A DNA stretch of 64,000 nt from Patescibacteria group bacterium (GTDB lineage: Bacteria; Patescibacteriota; UBA1384; UBA12157; JAENIV01): positions 12,709-76,708 of the forward strand of contig JBEKTP010000004.1 of the NCBI GenBank assembly GCA_049515915.1, read 5' to 3'. A program made the translations under genes and the position numbers. Below the pieces are notes generated by a model. The model was not told the origin of the DNA. It made no database searches and saw nothing but the letters and a program-made list of their open reading frames with translations. The stretch's first letter is position 1. Each line of letters starts with the position of its first letter. This document shows positions 25,877 through 35,615 of the stretch, piece after piece.

Positions 25877-27244
25877 TTATTTTTTTACCCTCTTAGTATT
25901 AATATACCACGCGGCGACATTTAAAAACCGATCTGACTCGGACGTGCCGGTAATTTGCGTGACACCTTTGACGTCGTTGGTAATGTGATAGTAAAAACAC
26001 TCGTGCTCAACCACAAACATGGGCACTTGGGCATCTAAAATCGTTTGAAACTGGGTGTAATCGTCCTGTCTTTTTTGAGGATCAAGCTCCTGACGCGCGG
26101 CTTCTAGAAGTTTGTCAGCCTGCTTATCATTAAAATTTGACAGATTTAACCCATTAGGGCCGATCTGGGATGAATGCCAAAAAGGATATGGATCGGGATC
26201 TTCACCATAATCCAAACCGTAAAGCAGTAGATCGTAATTTCTTTTCGGAATGGTGGTTTTTTGTAAAGTAACATTATCTTGAACATCCAACGTGACCGTA
26301 ACACCGATTTTCGCCCAACTTTGTTGTAATTTTTTGGCATAGCTAAGATTTTTGGGGTCATTTGAAGTGACCAAGCGCAATTTCAACGGCCGCCCAGGTG
26401 AAACATCATCCCTTAAATCCTTTCTAATATTTAAATCGGATAAGTCCTTGTTGTTTAAATTGAAAAATAAATCTAAGTCCCGCGGCAGACTGACCTCGAA
26501 TTTTTGCGAATCATCCATCGAAATAGAATCAGTCGGTAAAGCAAAACTTTGAATATTGCCGCTTTTGACGGCCTGGGCTAATTCATCTTGAGAACCGAAA
26601 AAAATAAAAGCGATTTTATCGATATAAGGCTTGCCGCCGTAATAATCGGCCCGCGATTGCAAATCAACCTCATTGGTACTTTCTTTGGTAATCTGATATG
26701 GTCCGTAATTGAAAATTGGGTTGGTTGAAACATTTAAAAAGGGGCTAAAGGGTTGTTTGAAAGAAAATTTAAGCGTTTGATCGTCAGGGGCGGTGATATT
26801 AATATCGGTCCAAAGATTTTGTGACTTAATCTGGTTTAATAAGTCGGCGGCGCTGAAACCGGCGCGAAGATGAAAGATGTAAGTTTTGCCCCCGTCTTGG
26901 ATATCCCAACTTTGAGCCAGATCTCCGACGACATTTTTTTGGGGATCATATTTCGTCAGCCCAGCATTCACCAGCCGAGTAATATTGGTATCGAGCACCG
27001 ACGTATCTCCGACCACGCCTTCGTGAAGCTCGCCGCCATAATCGGGAATCAGTTTAGTCGAGTTGATCCAACTTTTGTACCAGAAAAAGCCCAAAGAGAA
27101 AATAATAACTAAGGCAAGAGTCAGAACGATAATCTTTTCAATCAAACTTAAGGCATGAGGCAAAAACTTCACCGATTTAGCCGTTTCTTGCCACGGATAC
27201 TTTTTAATTTTTATGACCGTTTTTTTTAAATTTAAAAAATTCAT
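25877..27244 (-). CDS. ABC transporter substrate-binding protein, family 5 (OppA-like)
   Basis: TM anchor, GG.L.EG, GDLAQSW...TYIFHLR, GPY, DPDPYPFWHSSQ. Confidence 0.85.
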   Translation of the reverse strand: MNFLNLKKTVIKIKKYPWQETAKSVKFLPHALSLIEKIIVLTLALVIIFSLGFFWYKSWINSTKLIPDYGGELHEGVVGDTSVLDTNITRLVNAGLTKYDPQKNVVGDLAQSWDIQDGGKTYIFHLRAGFSAADLLNQIKSQNLWTDINITAPDDQTLKFSFKQPFSPFLNVSTNPIFNYGPYQITKESTNEVDLQSRADYYGGKPYIDKIAFIFFGSQDELAQAVKSGNIQSFALPTDSISMDDSQKFEVSLPRDLDLFFNLNNKDLSDLNIRKDLRDDVSPGRPLKLRLVTSNDPKNLSYAKKLQQSWAKIGVTVTLDVQDNVTLQKTTIPKRNYDLLLYGLDYGEDPDPYPFWHSSQIGPNGLNLSNFNDKQADKLLEAARQELDPQKRQDDYTQFQTILDAQVPMFVVEHECFYYHITNDVKGVTQITGTSESDRFLNVAAWYINTKRVKK

Positions 27245-27274
27245 TATAAATTAGAGTTTAAAAATCGAGTACAA

Positions 27275-27490
27275 TTAAAGAATAACGTTAGTTACGGCCA
27301 ATAAAACAAAAATAACGGCGATCACAATCGTAAAATAAAATAAAAATTTTTCGGCGCCGCGGCGAGAGCGATAAACCGAACTTTCGCCGCCGAAAGCACC
27401 ACCTAAAGAAGTACCGCGGTGCTGCAGAAGAATCGCCATAATCAGGAGAATGGCAAGAATAATTTGGATTAACATTAACGTTTGATTCAT
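27275..27490 (-). CDS. secG: Preprotein translocase subunit SecG
   Basis: ILLQ.RG..LGGAFGG...RRGAEK, two TM segments. Confidence 0.93.
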   Translation of the reverse strand: MNQTLMLIQIILAILLIMAILLQHRGTSLGGAFGGESSVYRSRRGAEKFLFYFTIVIAVIFVLLAVTNVIL

Positions 27491-27518
27491 ATTTTTTTAA
27501 TTACACTTTAGTATAGAA

Positions 27519-27593
27519 TGGAGGCCTGAGCGAGAATTGCACTCGCGCATAGCGGTTTTGCAGACCGCCGCCTTGCTACTTGGCTACCAGGCC
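27519..27593 (-). tRNA. tRNA-Cys(GCA)
   Basis: GCGGT-CT-GCA-AA-ACCGC, U73, CCA; T-loop TGCAATT. Confidence 0.92.
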
Positions 27594-27625
27594 ATTGGAT
27601 TTTAAAAACCATTTTTGTTGTAAGT

Positions 27626-27700
27626 TGGAGCGGGAGACGGGATTCGCACCCGCGACCTCGTTCTTGGCAAGAACGCATTCTACTCCTGAACTACTCCCGC
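27626..27700 (-). tRNA. tRNA-Gly(GCC)
   Basis: GCGGGAG acceptor, CGTTC-TT-GCC-AA-GAACG, TCCA; T-loop TGCGAAT. Confidence 0.93.
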
Positions 27701-28363
27701 TTTTAAAGGATATTGCTCTTGAAAGAGATTTATCCAAACATATATCTTTTCTTTCAATTCTCGACTTGTGATGTTAATTGAACATATACCATAAGATAAT
27801 CTTTTTGTAGGATGTCGACCTCTTATGAATTGAGTTTTACTAAATTGATTTTCTGGTATTCCAGCGACGCCGCGCCAAAATTCTCTGCATTTATTTTCAA
27901 CTAAATCTGGATATAAAATCATTGACAGTCTAATTTTTTCTTTAGAAACCTCACATATTTCTTCGAGAAATAACAAAAATATTCTTATTATATCAGGACT
28001 CGTATTGGATAATCTAACTTGAGAATTATTAATATTACTATCGCCTTCCCCCCAATATAACATTATTCCAGCAATAAAAAGTGGATTATCTTTCAAATAA
28101 CTAAAATTATCTCTTGCTTGCTGGCGAGCTCTTTCCCGCCACCGTTCCCACATTTCCCTACGTTTTTTATTAAAAAGAACAAGTCTTTTTCTTGCAATAT
28201 AATTAGCTTTTCTTACAAGTTCTTCTTTAACTGATTGTGACCAATCAATTTTCGAAAACCAACTACATAAGGTACTTTTTGGAATATCTAGCTCATTACT
28301 AATCTTATTATAGCTTTTCCCTAGCTTGCGCAATTTTAAAGCAAGGTGTTTATCATTCCTCAT
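27680..28363 (-). CDS. HTH + LAGLIDADG-like domain protein
   Basis: N-terminal HTH (GKSYNKISNELDIPKSTLCSW), then GIMLYWGEG...LSNTSP; 3' end overlaps tRNA-Gly. Confidence 0.7.
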   Translation of the reverse strand: MRNDKHLALKLRKLGKSYNKISNELDIPKSTLCSWFSKIDWSQSVKEELVRKANYIARKRLVLFNKKRREMWERWRERARQQARDNFSYLKDNPLFIAGIMLYWGEGDSNINNSQVRLSNTSPDIIRIFLLFLEEICEVSKEKIRLSMILYPDLVENKCREFWRGVAGIPENQFSKTQFIRGRHPTKRLSYGICSINITSRELKEKIYVWINLFQEQYPLKAGVVQE

Positions 28364-28368
28364 TTATT

Positions 28369-28412
28369 TTGAACTATTGTCTATTAGAATTCATTATACC
28401 ACAGTAGTTCAA
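28369..28412. promoter_or_regulatory. 12-bp inverted repeat bracketing a -10 box (candidate operator)
   Basis: ttgaactattgt (28369-28380) / acagtagttcaa (28401-28412), one mismatch; TATAAT on the minus strand at 28393-28398. Confidence 0.55.
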
Positions 28413-28512
28413 TTTGTAAAAGAACAATTCTCAAATCTATCTATTATAAGATAGCAACAAAAAGTCAACTTGTAAAGATAGGATATGGTGTGTATAATGT
28501 TAGCGAGGTTAC

Positions 28513-28869
28513 ATGTCTAAAAAAGATAATCTGAAGTTTAAAAAAAGAATTAAAGCTCAGATTATGCAGGAAGTCAATCGATTTGAGCGTGAACCCTCTT
28601 TTACCCCCAAAGCCGAAAAGGCTATTGTTTCTCCTGTCGTTTCAGCTAAGCCTCAAGAAAATCATTCTCCGACAGTGGTTCCAACATCAGCGCCGTCAGT
28701 GCTGCCGACCAACAGTTCAAACCTGGTCCGCGCCGATCTTAAAAAATCAGCCATCATCATCGGTTCCATTATTGTTCTCATCGTCGCGATTTACTTCGTT
28801 GACAACAAAACTGGCTTTTTATTAAAAACCAGCAGCCATCTTTTTAAATTTTTGCATATTAACGCCTAG
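28513..28869 (+). CDS. Hypothetical protein with C-terminal TM
   Basis: 118-aa ORF, SD GAGG, P/S-rich linker, one TM. Confidence 0.75.
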   Translation: MSKKDNLKFKKRIKAQIMQEVNRFEREPSFTPKAEKAIVSPVVSAKPQENHSPTVVPTSAPSVLPTNSSNLVRADLKKSAIIIGSIIVLIVAIYFVDNKTGFLLKTSSHLFKFLHINA

Positions 28870-28908
28870 ATCTTACCGCTAAAAGCGAAATTCTCTCTTT
28901 TAGATCAA

Positions 28909-29784
28909 TTACTTTTTTAAAAATTTTTCCACCAACTTTTCGGCATCGGTGTAATCTTCAACCCACTTGATGTCTTTGTTCTTTTTAAACCAGGTATCTT
29001 GGCGGCGGATGTAATCGTGAGTATTATTTTTAATTTTAACGATCGCTTCTTTGAGCGTTATTCTACCAGAAAGATAATCGACGATTTCTTTATAGCCAAT
29101 CGTATTAAAAGCCGGCAAATCTTTACGATATTTAGATGTCAGCCGCCGCACTTCTTCAACTAAACCGGCTTTGATCATTTGATCAACACGGGCGTCAATT
29201 TTCGAATAGAGAGTTTGACGATCTTTTTTGATGCCGATGATTAAAAAATTAAATGGCGGCTTCTTTTTCTTTTGCTTTTTAATAAAAGAACCGCCGGAAA
29301 GCATCGATACTTCCAAGGCCCGGACTAAACGTCGTTTATTTTTGGCATCAATTCTTAAAGCGGTCTCGGGATCGAGTTTTTGTAATTTCAAAAATAACTC
29401 GGTCTCGCTGAGTTTTTCAAGCTGAGCGCGCAACGCAGCGCTTTCTTTTTTTATTTCGGGGATAATATAACCATACAAGAGAGAATTGAGGTAAAGACCG
29501 GTGCCGCCGGCCAAAACCGGCAAAGTTTTTTGGCCTAAATATTGATTGATAAGATCACCGGCGACTTTTTGATAATCGGCTAAGGTGAAACTTTCATATG
29601 GCTCGACAATATCAAGCAGGCCTTGGGGAAAACTCCGGTCTTTGCCGGTACCGATATCCATCCCTTTATAAATCTGGCGCGAATCAACGGAGATAACTTT
29701 TCCCTTAAACTGATGGGCGAGTTTCCTGGCCCATTCGGTTTTCCCCGAGCCGGTCGGGCCGACTACGGCAATCACTTTATTCAT
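28909..29784 (-). CDS. miaA: tRNA dimethylallyltransferase
   Basis: GPTGSGKT, DSRQIY.GMDIGTGK, GGTGLY, IGYKE, RRQDTWF. Confidence 0.96.
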   Translation of the reverse strand: MNKVIAVVGPTGSGKTEWARKLAHQFKGKVISVDSRQIYKGMDIGTGKDRSFPQGLLDIVEPYESFTLADYQKVAGDLINQYLGQKTLPVLAGGTGLYLNSLLYGYIIPEIKKESAALRAQLEKLSETELFLKLQKLDPETALRIDAKNKRRLVRALEVSMLSGGSFIKKQKKKKPPFNFLIIGIKKDRQTLYSKIDARVDQMIKAGLVEEVRRLTSKYRKDLPAFNTIGYKEIVDYLSGRITLKEAIVKIKNNTHDYIRRQDTWFKKNKDIKWVEDYTDAEKLVEKFLKK

Positions 29785-29947
29785 GGCCGTCTTTCTTTTC
29801 AACTTCGCCGGTTTCATCAGAAGATTCGGCCTTCTTTTTGATTATTTCCTGAATTTTAAAAATTGACCGCCCCGAAACTTTTTCTTTCTTTTTGGGTTCG
29901 CCTTTTTGCTTTAACTCTTCTTCGATTTTATCGTAATCGTCAATCAT
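29777..29947 (-). CDS. Small charged hypothetical protein (56 aa)
   Basis: MIDDYDKIEEELK...VSGRSIFKIQEIIKKK; fills the gap between tRNA-Leu and miaA. Confidence 0.55.
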   Translation of the reverse strand: MIDDYDKIEEELKQKGEPKKKEKVSGRSIFKIQEIIKKKAESSDETGEVEKKDGHE

Positions 29948-29953
29948 ACTTTT

Positions 29954-30039
29954 TGGTGCCCGCGGGAGGATTTGGACCTCCACGTCCTTTCGGACACATG
30001 GTCCTAAGCCATGTCTGTCTACCGTTCCAGCACGCGGGC
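29954..30039 (-). tRNA. tRNA-Leu(TAG)
   Basis: CATGG-CT-TAG-GA-CCATG, long variable arm, T-loop TCCAAAT, ACCA. Confidence 0.93.
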
Positions 30040-30117
30040 CGATATTTACTGATTACCGTCTCCCACCGTTATTAAATCCTAGCTAATTCATTATATATTC
30101 GTGAAAATTCGTCAGTC

Positions 30118-32127
30118 TCATTCCAAATGGGATTTTTCTTCAAAAACCAAAAGTCGATTTTGGAGTTTGGGATACTTTTCCAATCCCTCGGCCACAATTT
30201 TTTCGGCGGCTGATCTTGCTCGCTTCACCAGTATTATATCTCGAAGTGAGGCCATTTTCAAATCTGGCAGGCCTGATTGCCGGATTCCCACGAGTTCCCC
30301 TGGCCCCCGCATTTTTAAATCGATCTCCGCAAGTTCAAAACCATTTTCACACACAACCATTGCTTGAAGACGTCTTTGACTTTGCTCGCTTAAATTTTCG
30401 GAAAACAAAAAACAATAGGACTGGAATTTACCCCGACCGACCCGGCCGCGAAACTGATGAAGTTGGGCCAAGCCGAAATGATCCGCCCCTTCGATCATCA
30501 TAATCGTGGTATTAGGAAAATCGATGCCCACCTCGATCACGGCCGTCGAAACTAAAATATTAATTCGGCCGGCGCCAAAATCCCGCATAATTTTTTCTTT
30601 TTCTTCTGATTTCATTCGGCCATGAAGCATCCCAATATTTAACTCCGGAAAAATATTTTTAGAAAGTTTTTCGAATTCGCCCACCACCGTTTTTCGATCA
30701 AGATCAAAAAGCTCTTTTGGTTGAGATTTGCCCTCTTCAATTAAAGGGCAAACGACAAAAACCTGGCGGCCGCGCTGAATTTCTTGACGGATAAATTCGT
30801 AGGCTTGGTTTCTTTTTTTTGGATCAACCACGAAGGTTTTCACCTTCTGCCGGCTCGGTGGTAATTCATCAATAATGGATAAGTCTAAATCGCCGTAAAT
30901 CGATAAGGCCAGGGTTCGAGGGATAGGCGTGGCCGTCATGGAAAGTAAATGCGGAATCAACGAGCTTGACTGGCGAAGATGAGCGCGCTGCTTGACGCCA
31001 AAACGGTGCTGCTCATCAATAATAATTAGACCTAATTTCGGAAATCGAATATTTTTCTGGATTAAAGCATGAGTGCCAATAATCACCTCGTCATTTTCCA
31101 AGTTCGCCTTTTTACTGGCCGCCGTCATTAAGCCGACTTTAATGCCAAAAGGCGAGAATAATTGAGTGATGGTTTGGAAATGCTGATTGGCCAAAATTTC
31201 CGTGGGCGCCAGCCAGACCGTCTGCATTTTATTTAAAAAAACCAGATAAGCGGCCATCGCCGCGACCACCGTTTTACCCGAACCGACTTCTCCTTCGAGC
31301 AGGCGGTTCATCGGCATGGGCCGATTTAAATCTTTAATGATTTCCCAAGCCGCTTTTCGTTGAGCGTTAGTCAATTTAAAAGAAAGCTTTTCGACAAAAG
31401 TTTTAAGCTGCTCTTTTTTAAGCGGCATAGGGGTCGCCGATTCTTGGGCCAATTCCGACCGTCTTTTGACGATGCCGAGAGCAATCATAAAAAGCTCATC
31501 AAAAGCGAGTCGTAATTTAGCCTCGGTAACTTGAGTAGAATTTTGAGGAAAGTGAATTTCATGGACGGCCGCCGATAAATCAATCAAACCCTCTTCTTTT
31601 TTTAATTTTCCCGGTAAAAAATCTTCAATTTCGATATTTCTGAGCAAGGGTTGGATAATTCTTCTTAGATATTTACTCGTTAATCCTTCAGTTTCGCTAT
31701 AAATCGGCAAAATAACTGGATTTTTTTCATATTGGCTAACACTGAGCGTTTTTTGGCGACTTTTAAAATCGTAGCCAACTTTGCCAGCAAAAATCAAAAT
31801 TTGACTCGGTTTTAAGACTTTAGCTAAAAAGGCTTGATTAAACCAAATCGCCCGAATCCGGCCGGTTTCATCAACCAATTCGGCTTCGACAATACTCATT
31901 CTTTTACGAAAAGTCCATGCTTGTTTAACTTGTAATATCTCGGCTTTAATAATGACTTCATCACCAATACTCAAACCTTTGATTTTTCGGGGCTCGGAAA
32001 AATCTTGCCAATCCCTCGGCCAATAAAAAAGAAGGTCACGGACAGTTTTAATCCCCAACCTTTCTAACTTTTCGGCCATCACCGGCCCGACCCCGATAAG
32101 ATTTTGGACTGGCGTTTCAAGATTCAT
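30118..32127 (-). CDS. recG: ATP-dependent DNA helicase RecG
   Basis: RLLEGEVGSGKT, DEQHRFGV, MTATPIPRTL, HQFRGRVGR. Confidence 0.97.
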   Translation of the reverse strand: MNLETPVQNLIGVGPVMAEKLERLGIKTVRDLLFYWPRDWQDFSEPRKIKGLSIGDEVIIKAEILQVKQAWTFRKRMSIVEAELVDETGRIRAIWFNQAFLAKVLKPSQILIFAGKVGYDFKSRQKTLSVSQYEKNPVILPIYSETEGLTSKYLRRIIQPLLRNIEIEDFLPGKLKKEEGLIDLSAAVHEIHFPQNSTQVTEAKLRLAFDELFMIALGIVKRRSELAQESATPMPLKKEQLKTFVEKLSFKLTNAQRKAAWEIIKDLNRPMPMNRLLEGEVGSGKTVVAAMAAYLVFLNKMQTVWLAPTEILANQHFQTITQLFSPFGIKVGLMTAASKKANLENDEVIIGTHALIQKNIRFPKLGLIIIDEQHRFGVKQRAHLRQSSSLIPHLLSMTATPIPRTLALSIYGDLDLSIIDELPPSRQKVKTFVVDPKKRNQAYEFIRQEIQRGRQVFVVCPLIEEGKSQPKELFDLDRKTVVGEFEKLSKNIFPELNIGMLHGRMKSEEKEKIMRDFGAGRINILVSTAVIEVGIDFPNTTIMMIEGADHFGLAQLHQFRGRVGRGKFQSYCFLFSENLSEQSQRRLQAMVVCENGFELAEIDLKMRGPGELVGIRQSGLPDLKMASLRDIILVKRARSAAEKIVAEGLEKYPKLQNRLLVFEEKSHLE

Positions 32128-33097
32128 TGATTTTCAATCTTATTTTTTCCAGCGGCTCAATGTCTTTTTTAATGAGTTGATAAACCAAGTCCATATACTC
32201 TTGATCAGCCCCGCCCATTTTAAGATTGGTCAGAGAGAAAGTAGTTAAAATGCGAATGTTGCTAAGGAGGTTATAAAGCTGAAACTTCTCTGGGTCAGAC
32301 GGACCATAATTTGATAAAAAAGTTTCCTTTAACTTTTCAAAATTTTCAAATCGGCCGAATCTTTTAAGCATCACTCTTAGTTGATTGATGAAATTAACAA
32401 GATCATATTCTTTGTCTAGAAAAGAGGTCAACCCATAATCCAAAATATAGAATTTTTCTTGATTGATGATAATATTCGTTGGCTGAAAGTCGCCGTGGCA
32501 GAGACTGGCCGAAGTTTTTTGATCGACCTCCGACTTAATCACCTCTAAAACCGTGTTAACCTTGCGGCCAAATTTCGGAAAATATCTTTCCAAATGCCTT
32601 TTTTCGTATTCGTTGCAGTGAAAAAGCGCGCTCGCGTTCCACAAATGAAAATTGGGCTTCGGTAAAGAATGAAACTTTCTTAAAGCTTGCGCGCAAAATG
32701 TGACTTTAATCGCCAGCTCCTCGAAACTTTCACCTAAACTTTCCAGCAAAAAATTACCGCTCACATTTTCGTAGAACATTAAATTATATTCTTCAAAATA
32801 ACCGAGTGGTTTCGGCGCTAAGATATTTCCTGAATTTAGGCCGTGTTCGTAGCACCATTGGAGAGCTTTAAATTCTGTTTCTTCGGAAGCCTCTATGGAA
32901 GCCGACCCTCTGACGGCCATTTCGACACCTTCCACCCTCAGCCGATAAAAAATATTGAAGGAATCAGGATTATAAGTTTCTGAACGTTTGATTTCTAAAA
33001 TCTCAACGGCCCCCTCTTTCTCAAAAATTTTTTGAGAGTTTTGGGTGAAAAATTTTTCGGCTTGGTTTTTATCTAATAAAAAATCAATTGGCCGCAT
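32117..33097 (-). CDS. Aminoglycoside phosphotransferase/choline kinase-like protein
   Basis: LCHGDFQPTNI...ILDYG kinase motifs. Confidence 0.8.
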   Translation of the reverse strand: MRPIDFLLDKNQAEKFFTQNSQKIFEKEGAVEILEIKRSETYNPDSFNIFYRLRVEGVEMAVRGSASIEASEETEFKALQWCYEHGLNSGNILAPKPLGYFEEYNLMFYENVSGNFLLESLGESFEELAIKVTFCAQALRKFHSLPKPNFHLWNASALFHCNEYEKRHLERYFPKFGRKVNTVLEVIKSEVDQKTSASLCHGDFQPTNIIINQEKFYILDYGLTSFLDKEYDLVNFINQLRVMLKRFGRFENFEKLKETFLSNYGPSDPEKFQLYNLLSNIRILTTFSLTNLKMGGADQEYMDLVYQLIKKDIEPLEKIRLKINES

Positions 33098-34607
33098 TTT
33101 CCCTCTTACGTAATAATTCCTGATGATTATGAATGGCTTTTTTATAAAGCCAAATGTATTTTTTAGCGGAGTTTTTCCATGAAAAATCTTTTTTCATACA
33201 GTTGACCTGCATTTTATGCCAGTGATCTTTCTGATTATAGTAAGCTTCAACCGCTCGGCCGATCGCGTCAAGAAAATCTTCTTTGGTATAATTTTTAAAA
33301 ACATAGCCATTAAGATTATTTTTAACTGTATCGGCTAGACCACCGGTCTTCCTCACGATCGGGATTGTGCCAAAACGCATCGCAATGATTTGCGAAATAC
33401 CACACGGTTCAAAACGCGAGGGCATTAACAGCATATCCGATCCGGCATAAATAGTTTGGGCCAAGTTGGCGTCAAAACGCATCTCGGCGGCCACGGTTTT
33501 AGGATATTCTTTTTCCGCTTTAATAAACATTCCTTCAATATTTTTCCACCCAGTTCCTAAAACGATAAACTGTCCTCCCATATTGACCAACTCTTTTAAG
33601 ACATCACCAATCAGATCCAAACCTTTTTGGCCAGTTAAACGGGTCACCGCACAAATCAAAGGCAAATCAGCGGATTGGGTGAGGCCGAATTTTTTTTGTA
33701 AAAACAGCTTGTTTTCTTTTTTTAAGTCAAGATTATTAATCCAATATTTGACCGGTGTGTCATTGTTGGTGCGCGGATCAAAATCTTCGTAGTCTATACC
33801 ATTAACAATGCCTGTAAATTTTTGCTTGATATGACGCATTAATTTATACAAACCAGCACTATACTTTTTGGTCAAAACTTCGCGGGCGTACGTCGGACTA
33901 ACCGTATTGACCATATCGGCATAATAAACTGCCTCGGCGGTCAAATTAATCTCATTTTTCTTGCCGGTAATTTGACCAATTTTTTGAAATTCGCCGCGTT
34001 TAAATCCCAACCGGTGAGCAACCGATAACTTGCCAATCGGCTGAAAGGAAAGATTATGAATGGTGCAGACGGTAGCGATACTTCGATAAAATGGATCCTT
34101 TTGATAAATCGTATTGATCCATTTCGAAGTCAAAGCCTCATATCCGTCGTGATAATGAATTACGTCCGGATGCCAATCAAGCATCTTTAATAACTGCATG
34201 GCCACTTTCGAAATAAAGACATACAGAAAAAAAGGAATCTCATTATAACTTTTGCCGATATCCTCTAAAACGATACCGTTGGGATAAATACTCTTAGGAC
34301 CGTCAATTAAGTAAACCGGCACTAACGTTCCTGGTAAAAAAGTCTTCCAGACTGAAATTTTTACCCATTTTTTATTATCGGGCATTTTAACTTTGACATC
34401 TTTAATGATTAGTTCGGCAGGATATTTTTCCATGTCGATGGTCCGGTATTTAGCCATGACCACGCGAACATCGACAGGATAAGTTTCCGCCATTGCTTTC
34501 GGTAAATAACCCACAATATCGCCTAATCCCCCGGCTTTGGCCAAGGGCGTCAGTTCGGTAGTGATATGTAAAACTTTGATTCTTTTTTCGTGACGATTTT
34601 TTTTCAC
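33084..34607 (-). CDS. glgA: Glycogen synthase (GT5)
   Basis: KAGGLGD, VNTVSPTYARE, NGID, RLTGQKG, PSRFEPCG. Confidence 0.95.
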   Translation of the reverse strand: MKKNRHEKRIKVLHITTELTPLAKAGGLGDIVGYLPKAMAETYPVDVRVVMAKYRTIDMEKYPAELIIKDVKVKMPDNKKWVKISVWKTFLPGTLVPVYLIDGPKSIYPNGIVLEDIGKSYNEIPFFLYVFISKVAMQLLKMLDWHPDVIHYHDGYEALTSKWINTIYQKDPFYRSIATVCTIHNLSFQPIGKLSVAHRLGFKRGEFQKIGQITGKKNEINLTAEAVYYADMVNTVSPTYAREVLTKKYSAGLYKLMRHIKQKFTGIVNGIDYEDFDPRTNNDTPVKYWINNLDLKKENKLFLQKKFGLTQSADLPLICAVTRLTGQKGLDLIGDVLKELVNMGGQFIVLGTGWKNIEGMFIKAEKEYPKTVAAEMRFDANLAQTIYAGSDMLLMPSRFEPCGISQIIAMRFGTIPIVRKTGGLADTVKNNLNGYVFKNYTKEDFLDAIGRAVEAYYNQKDHWHKMQVNCMKKDFSWKNSAKKYIWLYKKAIHNHQELLRKRENAAN

Positions 34608-34619
34608 TTCATCTCCTTA

Positions 34620-35615
34620 TTAAACCCGATACCCAAAAGGGTTTTTCTTTCGCCAAACCCAGTCAGTCTTAATGATGGTGTCTAAACGTGAATAGAGAGG
34701 CTGCCAGCCTAAAACCGCTTTGACTTTTTTGGCGCTTGCCACCGATATCGGAATATCGCCCGGCCGGCGTTCTTGAATTTCAGTCGGAATTTCTTTTTTG
34801 ATAACTTCACGAGCTTTTTGAACTATTTCTTTAACCGAAAAACCGTTTTCCGATCCCAAATTGAAAGTTTCCCGGGCAATTTGATCAACTTTATTTAAGG
34901 CCAAAATATGCGCCTTGGCGATATCTTCGACGTGCAAAAAATCTCTAATCGCTGTGCCGTCAGGCGTTTCATAATCGTCACCAAAGATACATAACTTGGA
35001 CGATTGGCCCAAAGCAACCTTAATAATATTGGCAATTAAATCTTCCCTTTTGAAATTGGCCTTCCCTAACAAGCCTTCAGGGTCAGACCCGCCGACATTA
35101 AAATATCTAAAAATAACGTATTTTAAATTCTGAACTTTTGCTAAATATTGTTCAAAATCTAATTTTGTCTGACCATACGGGCTTTCAGGATAGGTGGGAT
35201 GATTTTCGTCAACAGGAACATATTCTGGCGTTCCATAAACAACACAGCTAGATGAAAAAATAAATTTATTGACCCCGGCTTTGGTCATCGCCTCTAAAAG
35301 ATTAACGCTATTGATGAAATTTTCTTGATAGTAAAGTTCCGGCTTTTTGACTGATTCGCTGACGCTGACCTTAGCCGCGAAATGTATGACCGCTTCGATT
35401 TTTCGTTTTAAAAAAATTTCATCTAATTGTTCTTTGCTCTTCAAATCCGCTTTGACAAATTCTAAACGATTAAATTTCTTTTTTAAAATCTCAATCGGCT
35501 GAATGAAACCGGTCGAAAGGTTATCCAAAATAACAACTGAAAAACCCTCCTTTAAAAGATTCTTAATCGTATGGCTACCGATATAGCCGGCCCCGCCCGT
35601 GACCAAAATTTTCAT
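34620..35615 (-). CDS. galE: UDP-glucose 4-epimerase
   Basis: TGGAGYIGSH, YGQTK, RYFN, DGTAIRD. Confidence 0.93.
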   Translation of the reverse strand: MKILVTGGAGYIGSHTIKNLLKEGFSVVILDNLSTGFIQPIEILKKKFNRLEFVKADLKSKEQLDEIFLKRKIEAVIHFAAKVSVSESVKKPELYYQENFINSVNLLEAMTKAGVNKFIFSSSCVVYGTPEYVPVDENHPTYPESPYGQTKLDFEQYLAKVQNLKYVIFRYFNVGGSDPEGLLGKANFKREDLIANIIKVALGQSSKLCIFGDDYETPDGTAIRDFLHVEDIAKAHILALNKVDQIARETFNLGSENGFSVKEIVQKAREVIKKEIPTEIQERRPGDIPISVASAKKVKAVLGWQPLYSRLDTIIKTDWVWRKKNPFGYRV

